Source of the DNA: a virus
Taxonomy: Duplodnaviria; Caudoviricetes
IMG/VR virus record: IMGVR_UViG_3300028591_000082
Strand: one strand, 5' to 3'
Length of the DNA stretch: 64,000 nt
Made by a program: the position numbers and the translations under genes. The notes under the pieces were generated by a model. The model worked only from the letters and a program-made list of their open reading frames with translations. It did not search any database and was not told where the DNA came from. How positions within the stretch are numbered: the stretch's first letter is position 1; every line of letters begins with the position of its first letter. Positions 24,963-34,817 of the stretch are shown piece after piece.

Positions 24963-25337
24963 TTATATATGTATATTCCTTTTAAAGAAGTGGCTTTCTA
25001 CCCAATCAGAAGTAGGATACTCGCATCTTTTACAACTATAATCACAAAGGTCTTCATAGCGTTCCTTATTGTATAAATTAGGGAGCTTAAGCTTTGTTCC
25101 TATCACCTTCCATATTGCAGTACATGAATACCTGGTTCCTAAGGTCTTGGCAAGTAAGTGAAATCTAATTCTACCGTCTTGGTTTAATAGCCAGAAGTAT
25201 TGGTGTGCTACACAGCCCTTACAGTGCTCGTCTTCTACTTTACTAAAAATTGGTTCATCATATTTAGCTATTTCTTTATTGTTGGCTTTTTTAATTGCCT
25301 GTTTTAAGATACTAATATTTAATATTTTATCTATCAT
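24963..25337 (-). CDS. Cys-rich tagged protein (RNIHI), paralogue of 25670
   Basis: EHCKGC.A..YFWLL...GR...LGT...CTA.WK.I. Confidence 0.8.
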   Translation of the reverse strand: MIDKILNISILKQAIKKANNKEIAKYDEPIFSKVEDEHCKGCVAHQYFWLLNQDGRIRFHLLAKTLGTRYSCTAIWKVIGTKLKLPNLYNKERYEDLCDYSCKRCEYPTSDWVESHFFKRNIHI

Positions 25338-25355
25338 TATTACTCCTGGCAGGGT

Positions 25356-25652
25356 TTATATATGTATGGTACGGTTACAGTGCTGTAGTTTTGCCAGTAT
25401 ATAATCTGAGCGTTGTGGAGGTGCACATAATATTGTGTTATAATTTGTTCCATACTGATAATTTAAACATTCTCTAATATCAATACAACTTATAAGGTAA
25501 GTGGTAAGTTCTTTACTTACTATATCTAATAGTTTACTTATATAACATCCATCGCAGTAGCAACTTGCTTCTTTTCCTTTTACCTGCTCTATGGATTTAA
25601 GTATTTGTTTTTTTGTTATATTAATATTTGATCTATCCACTATAGATGGCAT
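25356..25652 (-). CDS. Cys-rich tagged protein (RTIHI)
   Basis: CDGCYI...C...YGT.Y...C; start at the linker ATG. Confidence 0.75.
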   Translation of the reverse strand: MPSIVDRSNINITKKQILKSIEQVKGKEASCYCDGCYISKLLDIVSKELTTYLISCIDIRECLNYQYGTNYNTILCAPPQRSDYILAKLQHCNRTIHI

Positions 25653-25669
25653 AATTACTCCTGGCAGGG

Positions 25670-26053
25670 TTATATATGTATAGTTTTTCTTACAGAAACT
25701 AAAGATTCTACTCTTTTTGGATTTGGATAAAGGCAAAAGTTTCTTGGCTCTTCATCGTATTCATCTTCATCTTCAAGATCTTCAAATGTACTTCTGTCAT
25801 ATATATGAGTACCATATTTAATATCAATCAATTTCCATACTGCAGTACATGCGAATTTAGTTCCAAGTTCAGCAGCATTCGACCATAAATCACTTCTGCC
25901 ATTTCTATCTAAAAGCCAGAAATAATAATAAGCAGTACATCCTTTGCAATGTTCTTGTTCTCTTTGCATTGAAAGTCTGGCTTCTTTGTTACCTTCTCTT
26001 TTTCTGGCACTTTCAATTGCTTTCTTTAATTTATGTAAATCAATTTTATGCAT
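25670..26053 (-). CDS. Cys-rich tagged protein (KTIHI)
   Basis: Paralogue of 24963. Confidence 0.8.
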   Translation of the reverse strand: MHKIDLHKLKKAIESARKREGNKEARLSMQREQEHCKGCTAYYYFWLLDRNGRSDLWSNAAELGTKFACTAVWKLIDIKYGTHIYDRSTFEDLEDEDEYDEEPRNFCLYPNPKRVESLVSVRKTIHI

Positions 26054-26062
26054 TTGCCTTTC

Positions 26063-26368
26063 CTATATATCAATACATCTGAAACATTTAGTAGCATTAA
26101 TAAAATCATTTGCTACTAATTGAGTCAACGAGCAGCTTGTTGGACAATATGGGAAGAAACGTTGAAATAATCCCTTACCGCCACAAGGACTTCCACATAA
26201 ATCAACACCAAGTGCAAGCATAAGATCTTGAACTACACAAGTTTCACAAGATCCAATATAAACTTTTCTTGTTTTGATTTGTCTTATTTCTTTTGCATAT
26301 TTTTTTATTTCACCATTAAAGTAATTTTTATCTATAGTTTTCGTATTAATTTTTGCTGTTGCTGGCAT
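26063..26368 (-). CDS. Cys-rich tagged protein (RCIDI), paralogue of 26671
   Basis: CG....FQ..FP.CP..C...Q.V...FI. Confidence 0.8.
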   Translation of the reverse strand: MPATAKINTKTIDKNYFNGEIKKYAKEIRQIKTRKVYIGSCETCVVQDLMLALGVDLCGSPCGGKGLFQRFFPYCPTSCSLTQLVANDFINATKCFRCIDI

Positions 26369-26386
26369 AATTACTCCTGGCAGGGT

Positions 26387-26662
26387 TTATATTATAGTAA
26401 CCCTTGAAACTTTAAGTAATATTTCTTTTGTTTGGATTGGCTTTGTTGGACAAAATGACATACCTTTAAAATAAGATGTTCCATATTGTTTATCAAGAAG
26501 CTTTTTTACTTCAGAACAACTTGGTCGATTAACTTCTTCAAATAATTCTTCACAACGTCTTAAATAATGTATAAAACAATTACCACATTCATTAAATCCT
26601 TCATCTTTTATTTTAGTAGCATTTTTTATAGATTCTAAAATATATTTTCTACTAATATTCAT
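26387..26662 (-). CDS. Cys-rich tagged protein (RVTII)
   Basis: CGNCFI...SC...YGTSY...C. Confidence 0.75.
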   Translation of the reverse strand: MNISRKYILESIKNATKIKDEGFNECGNCFIHYLRRCEELFEEVNRPSCSEVKKLLDKQYGTSYFKGMSFCPTKPIQTKEILLKVSRVTII

Positions 26663-26670
26663 TGCTTCTC

Positions 26671-26997
26671 CTATAAAGGTAAAATTCTTTTATATTTTCT
26701 TTGTACATAATCTATAAAATTTGCTGATACCATTTGTGACATATCGCATAAATAAGGACAGTCTGGAAAATACTTTTGAAATCGTTCTTCGTTACCACAC
26801 CCACATTCAATTTTGATACCAAATGTTTTTAATAAGCAAACAACTATACAATCATCATCAGAACAATCAGTTTTGATACCAATACGAAAATTATCTATAT
26901 CAATTTTATTTATCTCTTTAATGATTTTTGGATTAAGGGAACCTTTAAATTTACCAAAATCAACCGCTTTTTTAAATCTTATTGATGGCATATTCAA
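26671..26997 (-). CDS. Cys-rich protein with variant tag (RILPL)
   Basis: Paralogue of 26063. Confidence 0.75.
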   Translation of the reverse strand: MNMPSIRFKKAVDFGKFKGSLNPKIIKEINKIDIDNFRIGIKTDCSDDDCIVVCLLKTFGIKIECGCGNEERFQKYFPDCPYLCDMSQMVSANFIDYVQRKYKRILPL

Positions 26998-27001
26998 TTC
27001 C

Positions 27002-27322
27002 TTAAATGTTAATTAGTCTTGCGTTGTTTATAATGCGTAGTATATCTTTTGTTGATGAATGAATGTCTTCTTCTAAATAACCATTACATACAATAATGCC
27101 TTTATGATACTTTTCTTTTATCATATCTTTTATATAAAAACAAGAATTTTTATAACTTTTTTTTGGTATTATTTCATCATACCATTCTTGAATAGTTATA
27201 TCATGCATAAGGTAATTAATAAAACATTTTCTACATTTTGGCGGATATGCATTGCCTCCAAATGAAGCTTCCGCATATTTTATACATTTTAGTATATTAC
27301 TTTTATCTAAATTTAATCCCAT
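27002..27322 (-). CDS. Cys-rich tagged protein (RLINI)
   Basis: CRKCFI...SC...C. Confidence 0.75.
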   Translation of the reverse strand: MGLNLDKSNILKCIKYAEASFGGNAYPPKCRKCFINYLMHDITIQEWYDEIIPKKSYKNSCFYIKDMIKEKYHKGIIVCNGYLEEDIHSSTKDILRIINNARLINI

Positions 27323-27341
27323 AATTTATTCCTGGCAAGGT

Positions 27342-27611
27342 TTATATTTCAATACATCCTCTCCCAGATATCTCATTATATAAAGTCTTGTATGCTTTAT
27401 TACAATCAAAATAGTTATATAATCCTGGATTTTTTTTAAATATCGTAGGTTCTATTTTAAATTTATAAAGTTCATTTTCTATACCAGTAGAACATATACC
27501 ACCATTAAATCTACATAAATTACAAACTCTATTACCTTGTTTAATAAGTTTATTTATTTCAGAAAGTTCTCTTTTTGTAAAAATAGGTTTTAAGATTGGT
27601 TTAGTTTTCAT
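27342..27611 (-). CDS. Cys-rich tagged protein (RGCIEI)
   Basis: CNLC...C...C. Confidence 0.75.
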   Translation of the reverse strand: MKTKPILKPIFTKRELSEINKLIKQGNRVCNLCRFNGGICSTGIENELYKFKIEPTIFKKNPGLYNYFDCNKAYKTLYNEISGRGCIEI

Positions 27612-27883
27612 ATTTTTGTTACTCTTTTAAGACTTGCAATTATATATATTATATCGTTTCTTGCTTCATTACAAGTTTTTGCTTCGCCATTATAAGTTGT
27701 ATAATATCCAAGAACAGATCCGCATCCGCTAGTAAAAGTGTCTTGTCCAAATCCTAAAATTTTAAGTGCTTTGCATACAACACAATAACTACAATTAGTT
27801 GATGCTCTGATTCTTGGATTTTGTAATAATTTTTTTAATTTTATTTTTTGCATTGATGTTGGATCTGCCAATAACTTAATCAA
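27608..27883 (-). CDS. Cys-rich tagged protein (RVTKI)
   Basis: CSYCVVC...C...C. Confidence 0.75.
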   Translation of the reverse strand: MIKLLADPTSMQKIKLKKLLQNPRIRASTNCSYCVVCKALKILGFGQDTFTSGCGSVLGYYTTYNGEAKTCNEARNDIIYIIASLKRVTKI

Positions 27884-28434
27884 TCTTCTCCTCCAGCAGC
27901 TTTTAACAAGTCTGCTTTATCCTGTACATTATTACAAAATTTTGCCCAAAGAGTTTCTGTATCTATAGGAATAAATTCAAAATCTTTAAAGAACTTACTT
28001 TCAGAGTTTGATTTAATACTTTTATTTATTTTCTCTGCTTCTCTACATTGTTCTGAAGTTGGATTTTCCAAAGAAGAATAAAATTCATATTGTTCATTCT
28101 TGTATCTTTTTATATCATTATTTTCACCTGGAATATATAAAATTGCTCCAAACAAAAGAAGTATTGTACCAAAAACATCAAGTGCTACAGATAACATCAA
28201 TAATATTTTATACCAAACATAACAACAGTAACTATCCCAACATAAATGTTCTGTACAAAAATATTTTATTTCATTAAATTTTTTTGCAATAGCATATTCT
28301 TTATCTGTTTTGTAAAGATTTTTTAAATGAAAATTATAAACAAAAATTTCTTTTATTATCAAAAGAATTTGAGGAATAAACATTAAAAATATTATTAATA
28401 AAAATCTTCTATATGTTACCCAATTTATATACAT
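27880..28434 (-). CDS. Membrane protein
   Basis: Two hydrophobic segments. Confidence 0.65.
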   Translation of the reverse strand: MYINWVTYRRFLLIIFLMFIPQILLIIKEIFVYNFHLKNLYKTDKEYAIAKKFNEIKYFCTEHLCWDSYCCYVWYKILLMLSVALDVFGTILLLFGAILYIPGENNDIKRYKNEQYEFYSSLENPTSEQCREAEKINKSIKSNSESKFFKDFEFIPIDTETLWAKFCNNVQDKADLLKAAGGED

Positions 28435-28784
28435 AAGCTTCTTTCTTGTATTTTTGCAAATTCAAAAGATGTCATAAATACTTTACAAACATCATCACCT
28501 TTGCTATCTAGTTCATTATATAATTTTACAAAATCTTTTGTGCCAAATAAGTCATCAAATATATAAGCATTTATATGACAGCTGCTTGTTGCAACTATTT
28601 TTTTATCACGAGCAAGGTTGTTATAAAAAGTTTTTTTATTTAAAAAAATTTCTTTGTATCTTGGAGGTAAATCTCTTTTTAGTAATCCATCACTAAATGG
28701 GCATTTACAAAAAAAAGATCCATCACCTCTAACTATATTTTTTATACAGATTAACATATCTGAATTTTTTCTTATTAGTACCAT
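28425..28784 (-). CDS. Cys-containing tagged protein (RSLCI), related to 6357
   Basis: G.G....C.CPF...SC...A...C pattern. Confidence 0.65.
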   Translation of the reverse strand: MVLIRKNSDMLICIKNIVRGDGSFFCKCPFSDGLLKRDLPPRYKEIFLNKKTFYNNLARDKKIVATSSCHINAYIFDDLFGTKDFVKLYNELDSKGDDVCKVFMTSFEFAKIQERSLCI

Positions 28785-29269
28785 CCAATTGGTTCTCCAA
28801 ATATTTGCTCATACTCATCAGCTTTATCAAGTATCATTGTTTTTATATCACCTTTAGATAATATATCTACTTTTAAAATATTTTCTGATGGTTTATTTGT
28901 TACTCCCATAACATATATTCCATTCGGAATATCTTCATCAATTTTAAGAATGTTCATTATATTCTTTGGTCTAAATGATTCAAAATCTATTTTGTTTCCA
29001 AAAATTCTTGGAACTATCAAATCATTCTTTATGTCAAATTCAATCATTAATGAAAGAAGAAAAGGAAGTTCTTTTTTATTATATTCTGTAATTCTAAAAG
29101 ATTTTTCACAAGCAAAAACTCCTAGCTCTACATCACATATATCAAATTTATAAATAAATTTTTCATAATAATATTTTTTTTCATGTATCTGACAAAGTTT
29201 TTTATCTAAAAAAACTAGATTATCTTCAGAGATAAATTTTTTAATTCCTTTTTCTTCTATTTCTTTCAT
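28775..29269 (-). CDS. Hypothetical protein
   Basis: ORF overlapping its neighbours. Confidence 0.65.
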   Translation of the reverse strand: MKEIEEKGIKKFISEDNLVFLDKKLCQIHEKKYYYEKFIYKFDICDVELGVFACEKSFRITEYNKKELPFLLSLMIEFDIKNDLIVPRIFGNKIDFESFRPKNIMNILKIDEDIPNGIYVMGVTNKPSENILKVDILSKGDIKTMILDKADEYEQIFGEPIGWY

Positions 29270-29580
29270 TTTGTTGTTATCTGCCCTTGCTTATTTATGA
29301 TTATTTTTTTTGTATTAGATTCTGCTTGTATTTCACAAACTGAGTTATAGCAACTAAATTCTTCTATGTTAGAAATAGATGCTGTTATATTCGAAGGTAT
29401 TACAATTTTTTTATTGCCATCTACTATAACAAGTTCCATATTCGAATTGTTTTCAATAACAATGTCCTGGCAATCTTCTTCTTGTACTAATTCTTTTTTA
29501 GTATTTAATTTTACTTTTATACATCCAACAGTTAAAAGTAATAAAGCAATAACTAAAAATACTTTTTTCATAATTCCCAC
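29266..29580 (-). CDS. Putative lipoprotein
   Basis: MKKVFLVIALLLLTVGC lipobox-like. Confidence 0.6.
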   Translation of the reverse strand: MGIMKKVFLVIALLLLTVGCIKVKLNTKKELVQEEDCQDIVIENNSNMELVIVDGNKKIVIPSNITASISNIEEFSCYNSVCEIQAESNTKKIIINKQGQITTK

Positions 29581-29591
29581 CCGTATGTTTT

Positions 29592-29939
29592 TTAAAAATT
29601 ATTTAATATATTTTCTCTTAATAAGAGTAATTCTTTTTTATATACATAATTAAAACGCGAATAATTATAAAACATTTTATAATTCTCTTCTGCTTCAAAA
29701 AGTTCCCAGAAAAAATTTGTTCCAAATAATCTGTCAATTTTCATTAATGTTGCACCAAATAAATCATGTGTTGTTGTTCTGTAATTTGATATATCTTCAA
29801 AGTGTTTAAGGCTAGAGTATAACTGATCAACAAAATTATTTAATACAACATCATACCAGTAATTATCTATATTAGAACACGTATGTATAAAATTATTTAT
29901 ATCTAAAAAATTTAATATGTTATCTGCATTTGTTTTCAT
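29592..29939 (-). CDS. Hypothetical protein
   Basis: ORF only. Confidence 0.5.
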   Translation of the reverse strand: MKTNADNILNFLDINNFIHTCSNIDNYWYDVVLNNFVDQLYSSLKHFEDISNYRTTTHDLFGATLMKIDRLFGTNFFWELFEAEENYKMFYNYSRFNYVYKKELLLLRENILNNF

Positions 29940-29976
29940 AAGCTAATATTAAGGAAAAAGGAGTAGGAGCGTAATT

Positions 29977-30324
29977 ATGGAAAGCGTAACAACTATGCTT
30001 GTTCAGCAGTATGGGCCCCTAATCGTAGACTGCCTTATAATAGCTGTTGAAACAATAGGTCTTGTTAAGTTCTTCGACAACTTTATTTTTCCAAAAAGAG
30101 ATCTGTCACTTAGAGAAAAATGTTTTCTTGAACTTATAATTTGTTGCAGCTGTGCTTTTGTAAATAGTGGTGCAGTTTCAGCTCTTTTAAACAAGATTAT
30201 TAACCTATTCCTGCTTTCTCTGTCATTTACTCAGCTTGCTTATGATTGTATCATAAGTGGTATAAGACACCTTATTGACAGAGCCTTTAAGGTTAAGGAA
30301 AACGAAAACGGAGAGGGCAAGTAA
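29977..30324 (+). CDS. Small multi-TM protein, holin candidate
   Basis: Three hydrophobic segments, charged C-tail, AGGAG SD, isolated plus-strand unit. Confidence 0.5.
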   Translation: MESVTTMLVQQYGPLIVDCLIIAVETIGLVKFFDNFIFPKRDLSLREKCFLELIICCSCAFVNSGAVSALLNKIINLFLLSLSFTQLAYDCIISGIRHLIDRAFKVKENENGEGK

Positions 30325-30329
30325 ACTTA

Positions 30330-30360
30330 GTAAGGACTGCTATATAGCAGTCCTTACTTT
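30330..30360. terminator. Hairpin between convergent genes
   Basis: GTAAGGACTGCTA-TA-TAGCAGTCCTTAC followed by a T-run. Confidence 0.75.
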
Positions 30361-30389
30361 TATTTATAGCCTTGCGGCGTTAAATGGTA

Positions 30390-30935
30390 TTAGGCTGCTC
30401 TTGTGAGCAGCTTGTTCCAAGGAATTGTTGGCTCAGTAAGAGCCTCTTCTTCATCAAGAAGAATTGTTTCCTCGGTAGGAACGTGATAAAGATATCTGTT
30501 GCCATCAATTGAAAGAACCAAAGAATCTTTATTTGAAACAATTATTCTTATCATATCTCCACGATAATAAATTGCTGACAACCTCAAAGATTTTCCTTTT
30601 TCTGTACATTCGTTATAAAAATCTTTTATCGCTTTCCTTATTTCTGGCTTAAGAACTGTATGTGCAGTAGCTGTTGCATCTGCTATTTCTTTTTTAGATG
30701 CTTCTTCTTCAGCTATTTCCCATCCTTCGTAAGAATACATGTTTATGTTATTCTTTGCACAAAATGTTTTTAATGTAGCACCACGATCTCTGTTTTTAAA
30801 CATTTCGTTATATTGGTCAAGTGTATATACACCTGCATAAAATGATTTGGCATTAACCTTGTAAATTACAAGGTTAGAGCCATCACTTCCAGTAATTGCA
30901 GCTCCTACAAAGGCATTTTCGCTTGTAAGTTTCAT
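30390..30935 (-). CDS. Hypothetical protein, ends RAA
   Basis: ORF, ATGA overlap. Confidence 0.75.
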   Translation of the reverse strand: MKLTSENAFVGAAITGSDGSNLVIYKVNAKSFYAGVYTLDQYNEMFKNRDRGATLKTFCAKNNINMYSYEGWEIAEEEASKKEIADATATAHTVLKPEIRKAIKDFYNECTEKGKSLRLSAIYYRGDMIRIIVSNKDSLVLSIDGNRYLYHVPTEETILLDEEEALTEPTIPWNKLLTRAA

Positions 30936-31231
30936 GACTGTGCCTTTTGAAGAGTTGCAATTGCAACATTGATGGTGTAATACTTGTTAAGAACAGCATA
31001 CAAAATTTTCCAACTTTCTGGAATGTTTTTGATTACATCAAAATCACTTTCAAAAATGTTAAGATTTTCAATCTTTGTCAATTTTGCTTTTGTCATTGGG
31101 ACATCTTCTTTGCGAAGAAGTTCTACGAATTCGCTGTCAAACTTTTCCCATTCTGCCTGGTTTGTAAACTTTGGCTGTTCTCCAGTCATCATTTTGTATA
31201 CAGTGTCAAATCCTTCATTTACATTTTTCAT
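30932..31231 (-). CDS. Hypothetical protein
   Basis: AGGAG SD. Confidence 0.7.
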   Translation of the reverse strand: MKNVNEGFDTVYKMMTGEQPKFTNQAEWEKFDSEFVELLRKEDVPMTKAKLTKIENLNIFESDFDVIKNIPESWKILYAVLNKYYTINVAIATLQKAQS

Positions 31232-31251
31232 AATCTTACTCCTTTTTTAAA

Positions 31252-31695
31252 TTAAGCCATTTCTGGAACTGCTATTTTTTCTTCGACAGTTTCAGTAATT
31301 TCTTCTTTTGGCTGTTCTTCCAAAGAAGCTTCTTCTGCTGGAGCAGTAACTTCTGCTACTGCTGCTGGCTCTGGATGTTCTTCTTCTGCTGGAAGTTCAA
31401 TTTTTGATATATGATCTGGCTTGTCGTCTGGAGATTCATATACAAATTGTGCTTTGTTTCCTTCGCTATCTTCTGAAGGATTGTCAGAGTTGACTTCAGT
31501 AAAAGCTGGCTGAGGTTCAACTCCCTGCTTTACAACAGCCTGTGAAAAAAGTTTATGTTGAATTTTTGATGATGTTGGAGAAGCTCCAATTGCTGTAGAT
31601 GGGGATCCATAAAGAACCCAACCTGAGTTGAGTTTTTCCTGAACCATTAAACTTAATCTTTTAGAATCGTCTGATGATAAAAGTAGAAACTGCAT
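31252..31695 (-). CDS. DUF1737-like N-terminal domain plus acidic low-complexity tail
   Basis: V...L..GW.LYGSP...QAVVK pattern. Confidence 0.6.
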   Translation of the reverse strand: MQFLLLSSDDSKRLSLMVQEKLNSGWVLYGSPSTAIGASPTSSKIQHKLFSQAVVKQGVEPQPAFTEVNSDNPSEDSEGNKAQFVYESPDDKPDHISKIELPAEEEHPEPAAVAEVTAPAEEASLEEQPKEEITETVEEKIAVPEMA

Positions 31696-31756
31696 ATTGT
31701 TTCCGCCTTAAAATGTGGGATAATTCTTCATACGAAGAATTTTTCTTTATATTATA

Positions 31757-31901
31757 ATTATAACATTTTTTACAAAAAATGTCAATAAAAATTCTTAAGA
31801 AACTTTAAATCTTTGCAGAGACTTTTCAGTCCCAGCAAAAACTTAAAGTCATATTCTATATACTCTATATATATTATAACATTATTTATATATTTTGTCA
31901 A
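31757..31901 (-). promoter_or_regulatory. Two tandem consensus sigma70 promoters
   Basis: TTGACA-17-TATAAT at 31785-31757 and 31901-31873. Confidence 0.75.
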
Positions 31902-31915
31902 CAAAATTAATAACT

Positions 31916-33649
31916 TTATTTCAAATCTTGAAGCATCTCTTCAAGCTCAGCTTCTGCTGATTTCATAAATATCTTTTTTGGTTCTTCTTTTTCTGCAGCT
32001 GTTATCTCTGTGCTTTTTTCCATGATCGGGGCAGGCTCTTCTTCTTTAGAAGTTTCTACTTCAACCAATGGGCTCCTTTCAGCAGGCGGATTAAAAACAA
32101 AAATGTTATCTTCTTCAATATCATTTTCAGCCACTTCCTTTTCGGAGATTTTGTCTCCTGCCTGCTTAGCAGTTGCTACTTTCGGCTTTGAAGACCTATC
32201 TGTCTTCCGTTTAGTTTTCTTAAATTCTTCCAATGTCTTTGGTATATTATCAATAGACTTGTTCTTTTCTGCTTTTGCATAAAATTCTTCAAGATTGATA
32301 ACTCCCTTTGAAAGATATTTACGATTAATTTGATACATTATGCTTTCTATATCTAATTCTTCATCGAAATAATATTTCTCGAAAACTTTTCTAGTAATCA
32401 TTGGTTTTGGTGTGAATGCCCATATAAGTAATTCAACTAATAAACCAGAGAAAAGAATAAATGCCATAATCATTATTTCTGTTGATCCGAATGAAGAAGC
32501 ATTATTCTTTTTAGAAAGGTTTTCTAATGTTGCTTTAGCTGTGAAAGCATTATCAATTGCTGGTCCGAGTAATACAAAAATCTTTGCAGATTCTCCAACG
32601 TCACCAGTATCATTTTCATATGCTGCTTTTAAATCTTTTAATGTAGTTAAAGCCAAACTTGGATTATCTTCATTAAACTCTACAAGCTCCCCACCAACTG
32701 ATGCTGGCCAGTAAAATCTTCCCTGCAGATTTCTAATAGCTGTTGTCATTGCATCTTTTGTTTGTGTGTCCAAAAGAATTAAATCATCTTTGGAAGTATT
32801 TTTGTTTAAAGCTTCAATTTCATTTTTGATTTGTTGTGCAAGTACAGCTTCAGATGTTATATTTCTAATTTGATTAATAGAAAGATTTCTACCTTTAGCC
32901 TTTACTTGACTTACAACCAAAGAGTTTTGTTCATCCCAATAATTAGTTGGTATTATTGTTTGTCCTTTATAAACAACCTCTTCGTTTGAAGAAAAGTTTG
33001 CACCAAACTCAGCTTCAAATTCTGCTCTATTCTCTCTATAAGCCTCTATAATAGGCCAGATCTTTGCAGCATCTTCCTGTGCCTTAATTGTAGAGTTTGT
33101 CCCCACACTTACAGAAGAATAAATAATTTCTCGCTGTTTTGATTGTCCAATAGAATTAGCATTAATAAGTTCTGCTAATGCAGTTATTTCTTCATTTGCT
33201 TTCTTAATTTCATTTTGATTTTTTCTTATACCATCACCAACTGATACTACAGATAAGCTCATGGCAGTCAAAAGTGAAATTGACATACAAAGTAAATGAA
33301 GTGTTTTCCAAAATCTTCTTGGTTTACGTAACTGTTTCCAGCAATCTTTTTTGATTGATTTAAGATGTGATGTGAGTTCGTCAATTTGAGAAACACGCAT
33401 TGCACACCAAGCCTTACCAAAAATAATTACTACAGACATTAATCCAAGAACTAATCCTGCTGGTATAACTTTAAATCCAAATAATGAGTATAATGTTACT
33501 GATAATCCAGAAAAGAATACAAGATCAATAAAACCAGACTCGCCACTGGCAATAAGGAACGTTCTTAATTCCCCTTTGTCTTGTACTGTATCATCTTTTA
33601 AAATTTTTTTTCTTGATTCTATCTTTTCTATAAATTTGAACTTTTTCAT
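31916..33649 (-). CDS. Large membrane protein with coiled-coil extracytoplasmic region
   Basis: Three N-terminal TM segments, one C-proximal TM, acidic tail. Confidence 0.75.
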   Translation of the reverse strand: MKKFKFIEKIESRKKILKDDTVQDKGELRTFLIASGESGFIDLVFFSGLSVTLYSLFGFKVIPAGLVLGLMSVVIIFGKAWCAMRVSQIDELTSHLKSIKKDCWKQLRKPRRFWKTLHLLCMSISLLTAMSLSVVSVGDGIRKNQNEIKKANEEITALAELINANSIGQSKQREIIYSSVSVGTNSTIKAQEDAAKIWPIIEAYRENRAEFEAEFGANFSSNEEVVYKGQTIIPTNYWDEQNSLVVSQVKAKGRNLSINQIRNITSEAVLAQQIKNEIEALNKNTSKDDLILLDTQTKDAMTTAIRNLQGRFYWPASVGGELVEFNEDNPSLALTTLKDLKAAYENDTGDVGESAKIFVLLGPAIDNAFTAKATLENLSKKNNASSFGSTEIMIMAFILFSGLLVELLIWAFTPKPMITRKVFEKYYFDEELDIESIMYQINRKYLSKGVINLEEFYAKAEKNKSIDNIPKTLEEFKKTKRKTDRSSKPKVATAKQAGDKISEKEVAENDIEEDNIFVFNPPAERSPLVEVETSKEEEPAPIMEKSTEITAAEKEEPKKIFMKSAEAELEEMLQDLK

Positions 33650-33899
33650 TTTAACCTACATTAATCGCCTTTCATAGGCTTCAATTATTTCTTCTTTTGT
33701 TGCTTGATAATCTAGACTATGTCTTAAATCAAGTGTCATAAATGTTGAAATAACCTTAACCTTATCTTTTAGACAATGTATAAAGTAATCATCTTTTGAT
33801 TGTGGTTCAGTATAGATTTTATGCGTTGTCCCATTATACACAAAATCTATATTACCACTTTTAAAATCCTCTTCAGTTGGTTTATCTATAAATTCAAAA

Positions 33900-34148
33900 T
33901 CAGTCTTCCTTGTCGACGTTTGCATAGATACCATCCTCATCGAATATTCCAAGATAGTCACATAATGTACAGAACCTACTAATTGTTTTACCAACCAAAA
34001 GACCAATTTGTGTCATCTTTTCTTCTTTCTGCTCTTGCAGAGAATAATTAGTACAGATTTCTTCAAGCAAATTTAAACTATCTGAAATATTTTGAGCGGC
34101 TTCCCTTACCCTCATTCTTCTTGCAACTTCTTCATTAGATACTCTCAT
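33900..34148 (-). CDS. Hypothetical protein
   Basis: AGGAG SD. Confidence 0.6.
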   Translation of the reverse strand: MRVSNEEVARRMRVREAAQNISDSLNLLEEICTNYSLQEQKEEKMTQIGLLVGKTISRFCTLCDYLGIFDEDGIYANVDKED

Positions 34149-34150
34149 TA

Positions 34151-34627
34151 TTAACTCCTTTTTGACATAAAGTTTTTGCTACTATCAATTTTCTTATTTC
34201 CAAAAAATTTAAACTTTATATTATTTTTGTATAACTCTATAATTTCTTTTTTTGGAAGAGATTTTAAGTTCCTATCACCATCTTTAAAGAAAGTAATATT
34301 CTCTCCTTTATGATTTTTAGCTACTTCTTTCAATTTTTTTGCTACTGTTTTTTTGTCATTAACCAAAATAATATATTGTATTAATCTTCCTTTATTGCCA
34401 TTGATATAATCACATATCATTTCTGCTACTTCATTGCTTGATGAATGATTATAGTTTGGATATTTTTTATCCAACATTTCATCACTCTGTATTATTACAT
34501 AAAGAATATCACTTTTTTTAATTGCTGAGTTTATATATTCTTTATGCCCATCGTGCAATACTTTTCCTGCAAAATATCCACTTATTATTCCTATTCTAAC
34601 TTCTCTTCCTATCATTAATTTCTCCAA
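34151..34627 (-). CDS. Cytidylyltransferase-like (HIGH superfamily) nucleotidyltransferase
   Basis: SGYF...LHDGH motif, L.VII.SD, K.GDR, K..SS. Confidence 0.75.
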   Translation of the reverse strand: MEKLMIGREVRIGIISGYFAGKVLHDGHKEYINSAIKKSDILYVIIQSDEMLDKKYPNYNHSSSNEVAEMICDYINGNKGRLIQYIILVNDKKTVAKKLKEVAKNHKGENITFFKDGDRNLKSLPKKEIIELYKNNIKFKFFGNKKIDSSKNFMSKRS

Positions 34628-34817
34628 TCAATAAATAAAAAAATATAAATGCAAGTAACAAAACAATAAGTAAAAAACTAATCCACAAAGGACTAAGTAC
34701 CCATATCCAAGACCAAGATATTTTACCAATTAATTTTAATACTATAAAAACAATAGTAAGTAATCCAGTAAAACCTATTCCTCCACTTGCACTTGCTGTT
34801 GCTTTACTATCACTCAT
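34596..34817 (-). CDS. Small phage membrane protein (GF.GLLTIVFIVLKL.G.ISWSW.WVLSPLWI family)
   Basis: Motif common in phage genomes. Confidence 0.75.
   Translation of the reverse strand: MSDSKATASASGGIGFTGLLTIVFIVLKLIGKISWSWIWVLSPLWISFLLIVLLLAFIFFYLLIGEINDRKRS

Larger units (their letters stand above)
25345..27340 (-). repeat. Intergenic linker TAA-A-CCCTGCCAGGAG-TAATT-ATG repeated between array genes
   Basis: CCTGGCAGGG at 25345, 25660, 26376 and variant at 27331; includes the AGGAG SD and the palindrome CCTGNCAGG. Confidence 0.85.

Noticed and set aside
30319-30331. AAGTAAACTTAG as a fourth copy of the KOW leader hairpin
   Set aside because: Partial match at a stop codon with broken pairing; probably chance
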